A DNA stretch of 64,000 nt, taken from Fimbriimonadia bacterium (lineage in GTDB: Bacteria > Armatimonadota > Fimbriimonadia > Fimbriimonadales > JABRVX01). Each line of letters opens with the position of its first letter. The first letter of the stretch is position 1. The stretch spans positions 416,001 through 480,000 of the forward strand of contig JBGPGO010000001.1 in assembly GCA_041483895.1 (NCBI GenBank). The letters run 5' to 3'. The notes beneath the pieces are model-generated. The model had not been told where the DNA came from. It worked only from the letters and a program-made list of their open reading frames with translations, and did no database searches. The translations under genes were made by a program, and so were the position numbers. Positions 17,480-27,737 of the stretch are shown piece by piece.

Positions 17480-18931
17480 ATGATGCGGATTGGGATTGTT
17501 ACGTTTACGGACGGCCGAAAACGAGTAGCGGAGGCGTTGCGCGCCGATACCGACCGGTTCCAGAAGAAGATCGCCGGGTTCTTTCAAAAGGAGGGACATG
17601 AGGTGGTCGAGGGCGAGGAGGTGGTCTGGGACTGGCAGACCGCCCGCACGCAGGCCCGCCGAATGAACGACCATAATTGCGACATCGTCATCTTCAACTA
17701 CTGCGTCTGGGCCTATCCCGACTTTTCCGCCCAGGTGGCCCGCGATGTGGACGCGCCGATCCTGTTCGTCGGCAACATCAACCCCGCCTATCCCGGCTGG
17801 GTCGGGTTCTTCGCCTCCGCCGGCGCGCTGGACGAGATGGGCGTCCCCTTTGGCCGCGCGCTCGGCGACGTGGACGATCCCAAAGTCGCCGGCGCCATCC
17901 GCACGTTCCTGGAAAGACATAAGCCCAACCGAAGAGAGGTCGGCGTGGAGGCCGCCGAAAAGCTGCACGGCCTGCGATACGGCGAATTCGACGGCCCGAG
18001 CATGGGGATGTACACCGGCCATATCGATCCCAGCCAATGGATGGAACTGTTCGGCGTGCACGTCTTTCATCGCAGCCAGCTAACCATGGCTTGGCTGGCC
18101 GACGAGGTCGCCGAGGACCGGGTGCAAAGCGGTTTGAAATGGCTAGAGGAGCACGCGAAAGAGATTGTATGGAACGACGATCGGCTCAGCAAAGGGGATC
18201 TCGGCAAACAGATTCGCGTCTATCTCGGCCTCAAGGACTACTGCAAGACAGAGGGGCTGGACTTCCTCGGCCTCACCGGACAGCTCGACTACACCGAATG
18301 GAAAAACGGCTGCACCATGGACCTGCCTGAAGCGCTGCTCAACGACACCGCCGACTGGGAGGAGGAGGACAAAAAGCCGATCATCACCGCCACCGAGTGC
18401 GACAGCAACGGCGCCCTCACGATGCGGCTTCTGCACCACCTCTCCGGCACGCCCGTGCTGTTCGCCGACCTGCGCCATTATCATCAGGACCTGGACATCT
18501 ACGATCTGGTCAATTCCGGCCAGCACGCGCCCTGGTTCGCCAGCTACAGCAACGATTTCCGCAAGAACTGGGGCCAAACGAGGCTGTTCCCAAGCAACCC
18601 GATGTACTTCCCGTGCGGCGGGGCGTCGGTGCAGTTCTACTCGCCGCAGGCCGACAAGGTGACCTTCGCCCGCCTCACTCGGACGTCGGGCAACTATCGT
18701 ATGCACTTTTTCACCGGGAGCTTCGTCGGCTACGATTGGGAGACAAACGAGCGGCTGGGGAAGATGACGACCTACGAATGGCCGCACGCGTGGGCGCGGT
18801 TCGACTGTCCGCCGGAAGCGCTGGCGAAGCAGTTCTCTTGTAACCACATTCACGCGATTTTGGGCGATTGGATGGGGGAGATCCAGGCCGCATGCGAAGT
18901 TTTGGGGGTCGAAACGATCCCAATGTCCTAG
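17480..18931 (+). CDS. L-fucose/D-arabinose isomerase-family protein
   Basis: YPGWVG, GPSMGM, ATECDSNG, FADLRH, TFARL, WPHAW, NHIH: the E/D/H metal ligands of the FucI family. Confidence 0.88.
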   Translation: MMRIGIVTFTDGRKRVAEALRADTDRFQKKIAGFFQKEGHEVVEGEEVVWDWQTARTQARRMNDHNCDIVIFNYCVWAYPDFSAQVARDVDAPILFVGNINPAYPGWVGFFASAGALDEMGVPFGRALGDVDDPKVAGAIRTFLERHKPNRREVGVEAAEKLHGLRYGEFDGPSMGMYTGHIDPSQWMELFGVHVFHRSQLTMAWLADEVAEDRVQSGLKWLEEHAKEIVWNDDRLSKGDLGKQIRVYLGLKDYCKTEGLDFLGLTGQLDYTEWKNGCTMDLPEALLNDTADWEEEDKKPIITATECDSNGALTMRLLHHLSGTPVLFADLRHYHQDLDIYDLVNSGQHAPWFASYSNDFRKNWGQTRLFPSNPMYFPCGGASVQFYSPQADKVTFARLTRTSGNYRMHFFTGSFVGYDWETNERLGKMTTYEWPHAWARFDCPPEALAKQFSCNHIHAILGDWMGEIQAACEVLGVETIPMS

Positions 18932-19087
18932 CAAGAATCTAGGCAATCCGGGTGTTTGGAAGGAGATTTCGCGGTAAAAACCGTATTAATTGTGTAGAAG
19001 TGGCAAAGAAAATCAGCCACAGGGGTTCCATTTTCGGAAAATCACGATAAAATAAGAAGACGGGTTTTTGATTGTCCCACTGTATTT

Positions 19088-19789
19088 ATGATCTCAGATA
19101 AGCACGCAGAAGGTACGGGAGCTCGCTCAAAGGGTTTCACCCTTATCGAGCTTCTCACCATTATAGGGGTTTTGGCGCTTTTGGCAGGAATTCTCATGCC
19201 TGTCATCGCTGGCGCGCGCCGATCTGGGCAGCGAACGGCGTGCTTATCCAATCTCCACCAGGCGGGCCAGGCGCTTGGCCTCTACGCGGATGACAACGTC
19301 GACTTCATGCCCACCTATATCGCGGATTCAGATGCGATGAACTACGCTTACGCCGAGCAGTTGGCGCACGATCAGTTCTGCCAATGCCAACTGAACAAGA
19401 AGAAAACCCCATGCTGGCTCAACCTAATCAAGCCGTATCTCAAGATTTCCAAGCTGTACTGCCCGGCCGACAATACGCCGACGGACCTGCGGGGGATCAG
19501 CTCCTACGAGTTCAAATTGCAGTTTGCCTATGAGCCGAATCGGGACCAAGTCGAGACCCCTTCCAAGGTGGCGACGGTGTGGGAAGAGTGGGCGTTTCAT
19601 CAGGCGGAGCGGTTTGGCGAATATGACAGCCGGGCGATGCTGAATATTCTGTTTATGGACGGCAGCGTTGCTTCGAAGCCGCTTGCCCGCGCGACGAGCA
19701 CAATCTTCGGCGACGGCCCGGACCTGCACTTCATCTTCTCCGGCGACGGTGAGAACCTGGATTATGCCGGCGAAGACTTCGTAGATTAG
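19088..19789 (+). CDS. Prepilin-type N-terminal cleavage/methylation protein (H-X9-DG-like C-terminus)
   Basis: KGFTLIELL..LAGILMPV..ACLSNLHQ..YADD; LYCPAD; NILFMDGSV. Confidence 0.9.
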   Translation: MISDKHAEGTGARSKGFTLIELLTIIGVLALLAGILMPVIAGARRSGQRTACLSNLHQAGQALGLYADDNVDFMPTYIADSDAMNYAYAEQLAHDQFCQCQLNKKKTPCWLNLIKPYLKISKLYCPADNTPTDLRGISSYEFKLQFAYEPNRDQVETPSKVATVWEEWAFHQAERFGEYDSRAMLNILFMDGSVASKPLARATSTIFGDGPDLHFIFSGDGENLDYAGEDFVD

Positions 19790-19815
19790 ATCCCCAATTG
19801 CGGTAAGATCGCACC

Positions 19816-20187
19816 ATGCCAGCTAACAGAAACGATCGGGCAATCGGGTGTCTCCTCATATTTGTGGGCGTTATCGTGCTCCTTGCCGCCGCTGCGGTTC
19901 CAAAGGACGCGAGTGCGCAACCGTTTATGTTTCCCTTGCTTCTCGCCATAGGAGTTGTCAACATCCTCCTAGGAATTGGGGTGATTCGATCCGTACCCTG
20001 GGCGTTGCTGACCGTGGCAATCCTTTATGCAATCGAGGTGCTCACATTTCCGTTGCGAGTGGATTGGTCCAATCCGGGTCCTTACCTTGCGGGAGGGTTG
20101 GTGGGTGTCGTCATGGGGCTGGTATTCGGCATCTATTGCTTCATGAGGTTTCTGGAGCTTGTGAGGCAGGGGCGGCCACCAAGCTAA
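19816..20187 (+). CDS. Hypothetical membrane protein (about 4 TM)
   Basis: Hydrophobic helices; TAAGAT 6 nt before ATG. Confidence 0.7.
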   Translation: MPANRNDRAIGCLLIFVGVIVLLAAAAVPKDASAQPFMFPLLLAIGVVNILLGIGVIRSVPWALLTVAILYAIEVLTFPLRVDWSNPGPYLAGGLVGVVMGLVFGIYCFMRFLELVRQGRPPS

Positions 20188-20248
20188 AAGGATTCCAACC
20201 GGCCATCCTCGAATTCGGTTTGTAATCCCACGAATTCGAGGTGCCGAC

Positions 20249-21376
20249 ATGCACGTAACCCCTGACAAATTGGCGAAGCTGGAATCTGAATACAAAGGCT
20301 ACTTGGAAGGCGAAATCGTCAACCAGTTCCTAAAAGAGTTTGGCGTCAACTTTTCCGCCGGCCACTGGTGCGCCGGCGAGTTCTACGACCGATTTTGCCC
20401 GGTCGGCTACAACAGCCACAAGGAATTCGACAACTCGGAAGAAGCGCAAATCGAGCGCGTCAAGAAGGCCGGCATTCGAGGCATCGAGTTCCACGAACGC
20501 TGCTTCATCGACAAGCACTATCAGCGCGACCAGAAGCGGCTGGACGCGGTGTCGGCGGCGCTGCGCCATCACGACATGATCTGCACCAACATGAACTTCA
20601 ACACCTGGACCGATCCCAAGTGGCAGTTCGGCGGCGTGACCCATCCGGATCCGGGAGTGCGGCGCCAGTGCATCGAGCTATGCCTGCAAGGCGTCGAGTT
20701 CGGCCTGGAATTAGGCTGCATCTCCTGCAACCTTTGGCCAGGTTCAGACGGCTGGGACTATCACTTTGAGGTGGATTACGGGGATCGGTTGTCATGGTAT
20801 ATAGATGGCTGCACAGCCATCGCGGAGGCCTGCGACCGGCACGGGCTGACGTTCGGCACCGAGTCCAAGCAGAAGGAGCCGCGCGAGGGCAACATGATCA
20901 TCAACACCGTTGCCAAAGCCGCGCTGGTGGCCGAGCAGGTGAACAAGAACCTGGGCAAGACCGTGATGGGAGTGGTGATCGATTACGGGCACGAGCAGAT
21001 GGTGGGCAACACGCCGGCGGACAGCCTGTATATGCTCAAGCGGATCGGGATTCCGATCGCCAACTTCCATATCAATGGCGCAAAGTACAACTCGAACGAT
21101 GAGGACCGGATTGCCGGGACGGACGACATCTGGCGGCTGGTCGAGTTCTGCTATGCGGCGATCGATACGGGATATGAGGGGTGGTTCGGGGAGGATCAGT
21201 TCACCTATCGCACGGAGCAGGTGACGGCGATGACACTGTCCAAGGAGTTCTTCGCGAACTGCATGAAGAAGGCGCTGCTCATCTACGCCCGACGGCCGGA
21301 CCTCCTGAAAGCCCAGGCGACGGGGGATGCGGCGCAGACGATTAATGTGGTGAAGAAGGTGATTTACGGGGGATAG
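20249..21376 (+). CDS. Xylose-isomerase-like TIM-barrel sugar isomerase
   Basis: IEFH, LWPGSDG, ESKQKEPREG, DYGHEQM, FHING..DED parallel the XylA/RhaI metal motifs. Confidence 0.85.
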   Translation: MHVTPDKLAKLESEYKGYLEGEIVNQFLKEFGVNFSAGHWCAGEFYDRFCPVGYNSHKEFDNSEEAQIERVKKAGIRGIEFHERCFIDKHYQRDQKRLDAVSAALRHHDMICTNMNFNTWTDPKWQFGGVTHPDPGVRRQCIELCLQGVEFGLELGCISCNLWPGSDGWDYHFEVDYGDRLSWYIDGCTAIAEACDRHGLTFGTESKQKEPREGNMIINTVAKAALVAEQVNKNLGKTVMGVVIDYGHEQMVGNTPADSLYMLKRIGIPIANFHINGAKYNSNDEDRIAGTDDIWRLVEFCYAAIDTGYEGWFGEDQFTYRTEQVTAMTLSKEFFANCMKKALLIYARRPDLLKAQATGDAAQTINVVKKVIYGG

Positions 21377-21378
21377 GA

Positions 21379-22056
21379 TTATTCGAGCTCTCGGAGGGAT
21401 TTGACGACATCTGTCAGTAATGCAGTCTGGGTCAGCGCCCGAATCTCGTCCGAAAAGGTCATTAAGGGGCGGTCAAAGTCTTGCTGATCCAGAATCGCGA
21501 TCAGTAGTTCGGGACCTCCAATCCTGCCAAGGAGGATTCCAACTGCCCTCCAATAATTGCGCAAAATAATGCGCTTTAGCCATGTCCATCTGGTAGGAGC
21601 CTGCCGCGGGCATCGAAGATGCTGCTTGTTCAAAATCCTCAGGATATGGCTAATGTTGGCTTTCACAATGCCAAGTTCGCCTTTGTCCCGCAAGAATTGA
21701 TCCGCCATACCCTCTCGGACAACCTCTAGTATCCACTTCGGTCGTTTAGCCATTCCCACGACGTAAATAGCGGAGGTAACGCCAGCCACCGCAGCCTCGT
21801 GAAAGCGGTACTTACTCGTCTCATTGGACATTGGCAGTATGAAGGTGTGTGAGTTTCCAATGTGCAATTCCGAACGCCGGAAGCCGAAAAGCAGTTCAAA
21901 ATCATGTGTGTTCGAGGCATGCGACATTAGCGCATCTTTAGCCGGGGCAAGATGCGACTCGAGTAGCTGCAGCGTCTGGTCGCGGCAGCATTCAAACCAC
22001 TCCGCGGTTTGAGGATCTACGCCCTTAGTCCGAAAAATGTCGGTCAAGCCACCCAT
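21379..22056 (-). CDS. Hypothetical protein (AT-richer)
   Basis: 225-aa ORF filling the gap; TAGAAT upstream. Confidence 0.55.
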   Translation of the reverse strand: MGGLTDIFRTKGVDPQTAEWFECCRDQTLQLLESHLAPAKDALMSHASNTHDFELLFGFRRSELHIGNSHTFILPMSNETSKYRFHEAAVAGVTSAIYVVGMAKRPKWILEVVREGMADQFLRDKGELGIVKANISHILRILNKQHLRCPRQAPTRWTWLKRIILRNYWRAVGILLGRIGGPELLIAILDQQDFDRPLMTFSDEIRALTQTALLTDVVKSLRELE

Positions 22057-22330
22057 GACGCTAGAATTCTACTCGGTGAATTGCGGTGTGACCTCAAAAT
22101 CGTCCCCCTTTCTCTCCAAGAAATGAGATGAGCCAAGAGAATCATCCGGTACCATGATCTGGAGAGCGGAGCTTGACAGATGGGTTCAGGAAAAGTGCAA
22201 GGGCGATTGTGGTGACAGAAGACGCGGGATTTGGGTCCGAACGGGCAATGCGTGCAATGGTGGCGTAGTTCCGCCAACCGGACGGGAGGTACCACATTAG
22301 CAACACGTTCCGATACCTCACCGCCCGCAG

Positions 22331-23605
22331 CTAGTCGTAGTCTTCCTCGTAGCGTGAAGAAGATTCCGGGAACACCTCGACCTCGGCCGGATGGGTCGCC
22401 ATTTGCTGCCGCAGGTTGTCCGCCTGCGCCGGCATCACATCATCCATGCTGCCTGACGCCGAAGCGTTCACCCATTGCATCATCGACGACAGAAACAGCT
22501 CCTTGATATACGCGAACGAAAAGCCGTCGGTCCGCTCGGTCACCGTCGAAATACCGCCGTCCGATAGCCGCAGTTTTTCCGACAGCTTGTCATTCCAGAG
22601 AAAGACATACGCCTGTCGCTCGGTCGGCCCCGGTAGCTCGAAGTGGTACTTCCGATCGAATCGACTCGGCCGGTCCACAATCGCCGCATCCAGCTTCTCC
22701 GGATGGTTCGTGGTCGCGAGCGTGAAGATGCCGGCATTCGCCGCGAATCCGTCCAGCTCGTTCAAAAAGAACGACCGATTTCGCTCCGTTACCAACGAGT
22801 CGATATCTTCGAGGATGAACAGGCAAGGCGCGGTTTCGCGCGCTTTTTCAAATGCCATCCTCATGCAGCTCTGGTCGCTGCCGTAGTGCGCCGTAAAGCT
22901 CCGCACATACAGCGCAGGCAGCCGGGAATCATTGATGATCGATTTCACCGCATGGGTCTTGCCGTTTCCTGGCGGGCCGATGAAGATGATTCCACGCTTC
23001 CACGGCACGCTGTATTCCTCATACACGCTCTTGGAGCCAAGGAAATTGCGCACCTCCTGACGGATTTCCGTTGTCAATTCGGAAGGCAGAATCAGGTTAT
23101 CGAATCGCGCCGACTGGATGGATTCGTACAGCTCTTCGTTGAACGACCAATTCCCTTCCGAAAAGACCAGCACCTCGTTGCGGATTTGCGCGCACCATTC
23201 GCAGGCAGCGACGAAGAACCGCTGGACTGTCTCCGTCGATTCGCCGATGATCCAGGTCCGCGATTGGTTGCCGCAATCACCCGGCCATTCGAGTACGACC
23301 ACTTCGAACCTATATTCGTCCCATTTGACGTCATACCAGCACGAAGAAGGGGACGCCCATAGACCGTAGTTCTGGCGCCAGCCATGATGGATGATGCTAT
23401 GCACATCCTCCCGCAAGTGACCCGTGCAGAACTCGCCGTAAAGCAGCCGATAAAGTTGGAACCCGCTCTGACCGGTCGCCAATATGTGACTCGTCGGGAA
23501 CGCCTCGTGCAATGCCTTGCTCATCGAATACTCGATGGTGGATTCCGGCTGCGCGAGCGCGGACGAGAACATCTCCCCGACGGATGATATCTCCTCAGTT
23601 TTCAT
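22331..23605 (-). CDS. AAA+ ATPase (BCS1-like single domain)
   Basis: GPPGNGKT Walker A, FILEDIDS Walker B, TTNHPEKLDAAIVDRPSRFDRK. Confidence 0.92.
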   Translation of the reverse strand: MKTEEISSVGEMFSSALAQPESTIEYSMSKALHEAFPTSHILATGQSGFQLYRLLYGEFCTGHLREDVHSIIHHGWRQNYGLWASPSSCWYDVKWDEYRFEVVVLEWPGDCGNQSRTWIIGESTETVQRFFVAACEWCAQIRNEVLVFSEGNWSFNEELYESIQSARFDNLILPSELTTEIRQEVRNFLGSKSVYEEYSVPWKRGIIFIGPPGNGKTHAVKSIINDSRLPALYVRSFTAHYGSDQSCMRMAFEKARETAPCLFILEDIDSLVTERNRSFFLNELDGFAANAGIFTLATTNHPEKLDAAIVDRPSRFDRKYHFELPGPTERQAYVFLWNDKLSEKLRLSDGGISTVTERTDGFSFAYIKELFLSSMMQWVNASASGSMDDVMPAQADNLRQQMATHPAEVEVFPESSSRYEEDYD

Positions 23606-23740
23606 AAGCGTGTACTGTACCTCTTTTGAATGTAACTTCTACGCCGAGGTCCTGGGCACCTGCTCCGCAATGGCGACGTCGTGCTCCGCTTAGAACTCCG
23701 TGTTATACTGAGATAGGCATCTCTTGCCGGAAGGAATACT

Positions 23741-25600
23741 ATGAAACGCGCACTCATCATCCTCGCCGCCTTCGCGGCCATCGTTGCCTCCACCGCCGCG
23801 CAAACGGCATTCACTTATCAAGGGCAGCTCATGCAAAGCGGCCTACCTGTGAGTGGGAATGTCAACCTCGTCTTTACTCTCTATGATGACCCGACGCTGA
23901 CAGTCAACCATCAGATCGGCAATCCGATAACCCTGAACAATCAACCACTCACGAACGGGTTGTTCACCGTGCCGCTCGACTTTGGCGCCAATGCGTTCCC
24001 CAGCGCGCGCAGGTGGGTGCAGGAGAGCGTCAACGGCACAACGCTCTCTCCGCGTCAAGAAGTCACTCCCACTCCCTATGCACTCAACCTTCGGCTTCCA
24101 TTTGCGGGCAACGCGAGCGTCAACGGCAACACCTTTGCCGTTACCAACAGCTTTGGCACCGGCACCGCGCTCTATGGGCATAACCTGGATAATGGAACCG
24201 GCGTCTTTGGCGAGAGTCCCAACGGCATCGGCGTTTATGGCCAGAGCGACACCGGCTACGCCGTCTACGCCCAAAGCACGGACGGCTTCGGCGTTTGGGC
24301 CGAAGCTGATGGAACCGGCTCCGGTGTATACGCAATCAGCGACAGTGGCGTCGGCGTCAACGCCGGTAGCAACAGCGGCATCGGCGTTTATGGCCAGAGC
24401 GACACCGGCAACGGCGTCGGTGGCCAAAGCACGGGCGGCACAGCCGTTTGGGCCCAAGCGCTGGGATCCGGCTACGGTGTATATGCACGCAGCGACCTTG
24501 GCAGCGGCATCTATGGCGTCTCTTTCGCGAGCAACGGCACCGGTGTCGTCGGCGAGGCCAATAACGGCGGAAACGCCTACGGCGTGTTCGGAACGAGTGC
24601 CAATGGCTACGGTGTACATGCAAGCAGCGACACTGGCACCGGCGTCTACGCCGGTAGCAACAGCGGCATTGGCGTCTACGCTCAGAGCACGACCGGCAAC
24701 GGCGTCTTCGCCGTCAGCACGTCTGGCCCAGCCGTTCAGGCCCAAACTTCGGGATCCGGCTACGGTGTATATGCAATCAGCGAAGGTGGCACCGGCATCT
24801 ATGGCGTCTCCTTCGCCAAAGACCGCACCGGTGTCTTCGGCGAGGCCCTTAACGGCAGCACCGCCAACGGCGTGTTCGGAAAGAGTGCCAATGGCAATGG
24901 TGTCTACGGCCAGACCACGAGCGGCACCGGCGTCTACGGCCATACCACGAGCGGCGTCGGCGTCTACGGCTCTGCGGACGGCGGAGTCGGAGTCTACAAC
25001 GTCGGCGTATATGGCTTTTCGAACGTTGGAGGCGACGGCATTTATGGTTTCAACTCTACAGGCGGCTATGCAGGCTATTTCGACGGGAAGCTCTATGCCA
25101 CAAGCGCCAGCTCCAGCATCAAGGCCTTCCGCATTGATCACCCCGTGGATCCTGAAAACAAATACCTGCAGCATTCCAGTGTCGAGAGTCCTGATATGAT
25201 GAACATATACAACGGCAATGCCATATTGGGGGCCAATGGTGAGACGTGGGTGGAACTTCCGACATACTTTGAAGCGCTGAATCGTGACTTTCGCTACCAG
25301 CTCACATGCATCGGGCAACCGGCGCTCGTATATATCAAGCAAGAGATTTCCGGTAATCGATTCCTGATTGCTGGTGGCAAAAAGGGCATGAAGGTGTCCT
25401 GGCAGGTGACTGGAATCCGCCAAGACCCCGCCGCCAACCTCTATCGCATCGAGGTGGAACCGGACAAAGCCGACAAAGATCGCGGCAAGTTTTTGGTTCC
25501 GGAAGCCTACGGCCAACCGAAAGAGAGCGGGATCAACCCTCCACCGAATCAGGAATCTACCAGTGACAAAAAGATTGAGAATCCCGAGGTGAAGAAATGA
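23741..25600 (+). CDS. Secreted fibre-like repeat protein
   Basis: Signal peptide, AFTYQGQL head, ~13-aa GVYGxS repeats, C-terminal KAFRIDHPVDPENKYLQHSSVESP domain. Confidence 0.85.
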   Translation: MKRALIILAAFAAIVASTAAQTAFTYQGQLMQSGLPVSGNVNLVFTLYDDPTLTVNHQIGNPITLNNQPLTNGLFTVPLDFGANAFPSARRWVQESVNGTTLSPRQEVTPTPYALNLRLPFAGNASVNGNTFAVTNSFGTGTALYGHNLDNGTGVFGESPNGIGVYGQSDTGYAVYAQSTDGFGVWAEADGTGSGVYAISDSGVGVNAGSNSGIGVYGQSDTGNGVGGQSTGGTAVWAQALGSGYGVYARSDLGSGIYGVSFASNGTGVVGEANNGGNAYGVFGTSANGYGVHASSDTGTGVYAGSNSGIGVYAQSTTGNGVFAVSTSGPAVQAQTSGSGYGVYAISEGGTGIYGVSFAKDRTGVFGEALNGSTANGVFGKSANGNGVYGQTTSGTGVYGHTTSGVGVYGSADGGVGVYNVGVYGFSNVGGDGIYGFNSTGGYAGYFDGKLYATSASSSIKAFRIDHPVDPENKYLQHSSVESPDMMNIYNGNAILGANGETWVELPTYFEALNRDFRYQLTCIGQPALVYIKQEISGNRFLIAGGKKGMKVSWQVTGIRQDPAANLYRIEVEPDKADKDRGKFLVPEAYGQPKESGINPPPNQESTSDKKIENPEVKK

Positions 25601-26238
25601 GACTTTGGATCGCTATCTTTGCGTTAGTGCCATTGGCGGTCGGCGCGCAGACCGATCTGTCATGGAACACAATCGCCGGCGGCGGCGCGACGTATAGCAA
25701 CGGAGGGACCTATTCTCTGGGTGGCACCATTGGACAGGGTTCGGCGGGAACATTGTCAGGCGGCAGCTATTCTCTGACGGGCGGATTCTGGGCGGAAGCA
25801 AGAACGGGTCCCGTTACGCTGAAGGGCCATTGCACGCTCGGCAGCTTCAGCGGAAACCCGGCCGGCATCCCGATCACTATTCGAATCAAGAAAGGAGCGT
25901 CGATTCTCGAAACGGAGAATACGACTCTCGATGCATCGGGCAACTACCAGCTTGCGATCTACTTGACCGGCACAAATGATGTCGGGGCAAAGCCGTTTCA
26001 TTGGCTGTCCAAAAAGGTGGCGAACGTTCCGCTCTTCGGCTCAGTGACGCTCGATTTCGATTTCGCAATCAACGGCAACGCAAGTCTCAATGACTGTATC
26101 GATACATACGATCTCAATCTTGTCTTCCTGAATTATGGGACCGACGATCCCGCAACGGATTTCAATGGATCGGGTCAGGTAAACGTCGTGGATATGAACA
26201 TGGTCTTTATCGGCTTTACCCAGTGTGGAGAGTGGTAA
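25597..26238 (+). CDS. Secreted partner protein with dockerin-like C-terminus
   Basis: ATGA-coupled; LSWNTIAGGG..YSLGGTIGQ..SLTGGFW N-domain; HWLSK..NGNA..DFNGSGQVN. Confidence 0.85.
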   Translation: MRLWIAIFALVPLAVGAQTDLSWNTIAGGGATYSNGGTYSLGGTIGQGSAGTLSGGSYSLTGGFWAEARTGPVTLKGHCTLGSFSGNPAGIPITIRIKKGASILETENTTLDASGNYQLAIYLTGTNDVGAKPFHWLSKKVANVPLFGSVTLDFDFAINGNASLNDCIDTYDLNLVFLNYGTDDPATDFNGSGQVNVVDMNMVFIGFTQCGEW

Positions 26239-26733
26239 TCACTTTGCGGAAACGTACGCGCCGATGCTCATCAACCTATGTGATCCGATAGCCAGACCTG
26301 GCAAGCACAGGTCTGGTATCGAATGTCTCTCCGTTTCACATGTGCGATAAAAGACCACATCAGTTGCAAATATTATGGCATGGGGCAAACTGACAATCAA
26401 GTCGGTTGTATTGTGTCTATGGATTTTATGACAGCAGATATGCCGAGCTGGCAGAAAGTTCGCGTGTCGATCCCTCCGTCTATATTTCCAAGCGCCCGCG
26501 TTGATTGTTCAACCAGGATGCATGGATTGCTCGTAGGCAGGTAGGTGGTCTTGCTGCAAACAAGATTGGGCCGTACTTTACAATTATCGAATACAAACTC
26601 GTTAACGTAGTGCTCGTCATCGCCTTGTTTGACTTTCCCCGTATCGGATAAACCTGACCGTTGCAATCGGCTGAATCATGTGGTATTAATTAAACGCCTA
26701 GCGAATAGGAATATTGGAGTAAGGGGGTCTGAT

Positions 26734-27387
26734 ATGATCCATCGAGCTTTGTCTCCGCGTGAGGAGGAAATTGTCGGATTGTCGGTCCAAGGGCTAACGA
26801 ATGACGCCATTGCCGACAAGCTTAGCTTGAGCGTCGGTACCGTCAACACCTATTGGCTGCGGATCCGGCTGAAAGTGGGTGGGGCGGGCCGCACCGACAC
26901 AGTCGCCAAAGTGATCACGGAACGAGCCGAACGGGCGCTGCGAGAGGCGAATGTCGAGCGGAAGGAGTTCGCGGCTCTTATCGCCTTGAAGGAGCAGTCT
27001 GTGCTGGACCTCCGTGCAGCCCTCGCGCTGCTGCGGCTTGCGATGGAGGAAATACGGTCTACCGTATGGGCCGCAGATAACGATCTACGGATACATGTGA
27101 TTGCCAACGGCGAGATGCCGGCGCTTCATAGCGGGGTCGCGTGGGAGTCAGGCAAGACGATTTACGAGATATTCCAGTCAGACGACCCGGCAGATCCTCC
27201 CATTAAGGCACATGAGCAGGCCCTAGGGGGCCTTGAGAGCAGCATTCGCCTGGCGGCCCCACTCGCCAACATGGTGCTGCGAGTGATCCCGTTGCGGGAC
27301 GAGACGGAGGACATCATGGGCTGCATCAGCATCTTGAACAGCATGGGGTCGGCAACTGAGCACCAGCTCCCACAAAAATCCGCCTGA
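26734..27387 (+). CDS. LuxR-type HTH regulator with coiled coil and PAS-like C-terminus
   Basis: LSPREEEIVGL..GLTNDAIADKLSLSVGTVNTY..RIRLK. Confidence 0.85.
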   Translation: MIHRALSPREEEIVGLSVQGLTNDAIADKLSLSVGTVNTYWLRIRLKVGGAGRTDTVAKVITERAERALREANVERKEFAALIALKEQSVLDLRAALALLRLAMEEIRSTVWAADNDLRIHVIANGEMPALHSGVAWESGKTIYEIFQSDDPADPPIKAHEQALGGLESSIRLAAPLANMVLRVIPLRDETEDIMGCISILNSMGSATEHQLPQKSA

Positions 27388-27447
27388 CAAAGCCAGCTAG
27401 CTAGCACCCATATGGCCCGTTCCGTTCGCGTCGCACGCGCAGGACAC

Positions 27448-27600
27448 CTAAATGAGTTTCCGCCTTCCTTGGAGAAGGTTGATCACGACGACAGCGAGCG
27501 CCACGACCAATAGGATGTGGATAAGTCCGCCCATTGCATGCGCGGACACGAGGCCGAGAAACCACAAGATGACCAAAAAAACTGCGATAGTCCATAACAT
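27448..27600 (-). CDS. lmo0937/DUF5670-family small membrane protein
   Basis: MLWTIAVFLVILWFLG..MGGLIHILLVVALAVVVINLLQGRR. Confidence 0.85.
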   Translation of the reverse strand: MLWTIAVFLVILWFLGLVSAHAMGGLIHILLVVALAVVVINLLQGRRKLI

Positions 27601-27737
27601 GTCCACCAGCCTACACCTTCTCTCTAGAGAACGCAAGTCAGCCTTTATCTGTCTACATATATCCTGACAGCCAAAGAGACGACTTGCACCCTGCGCCAAG
27701 ACGCGCCACAGTGGGGTTAAGAAAAAGGTGACGAATA

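Noticed and set aside
22060..22330. Possible ncRNA or gene remnant (RAIVVTEDAGFG)
   Set aside because: Too short and ambiguous; no convincing structure or family.
26240..26700. Short ORFs in the AT-richer gap before the LuxR gene
   Set aside because: No SD, motif or compositional support.
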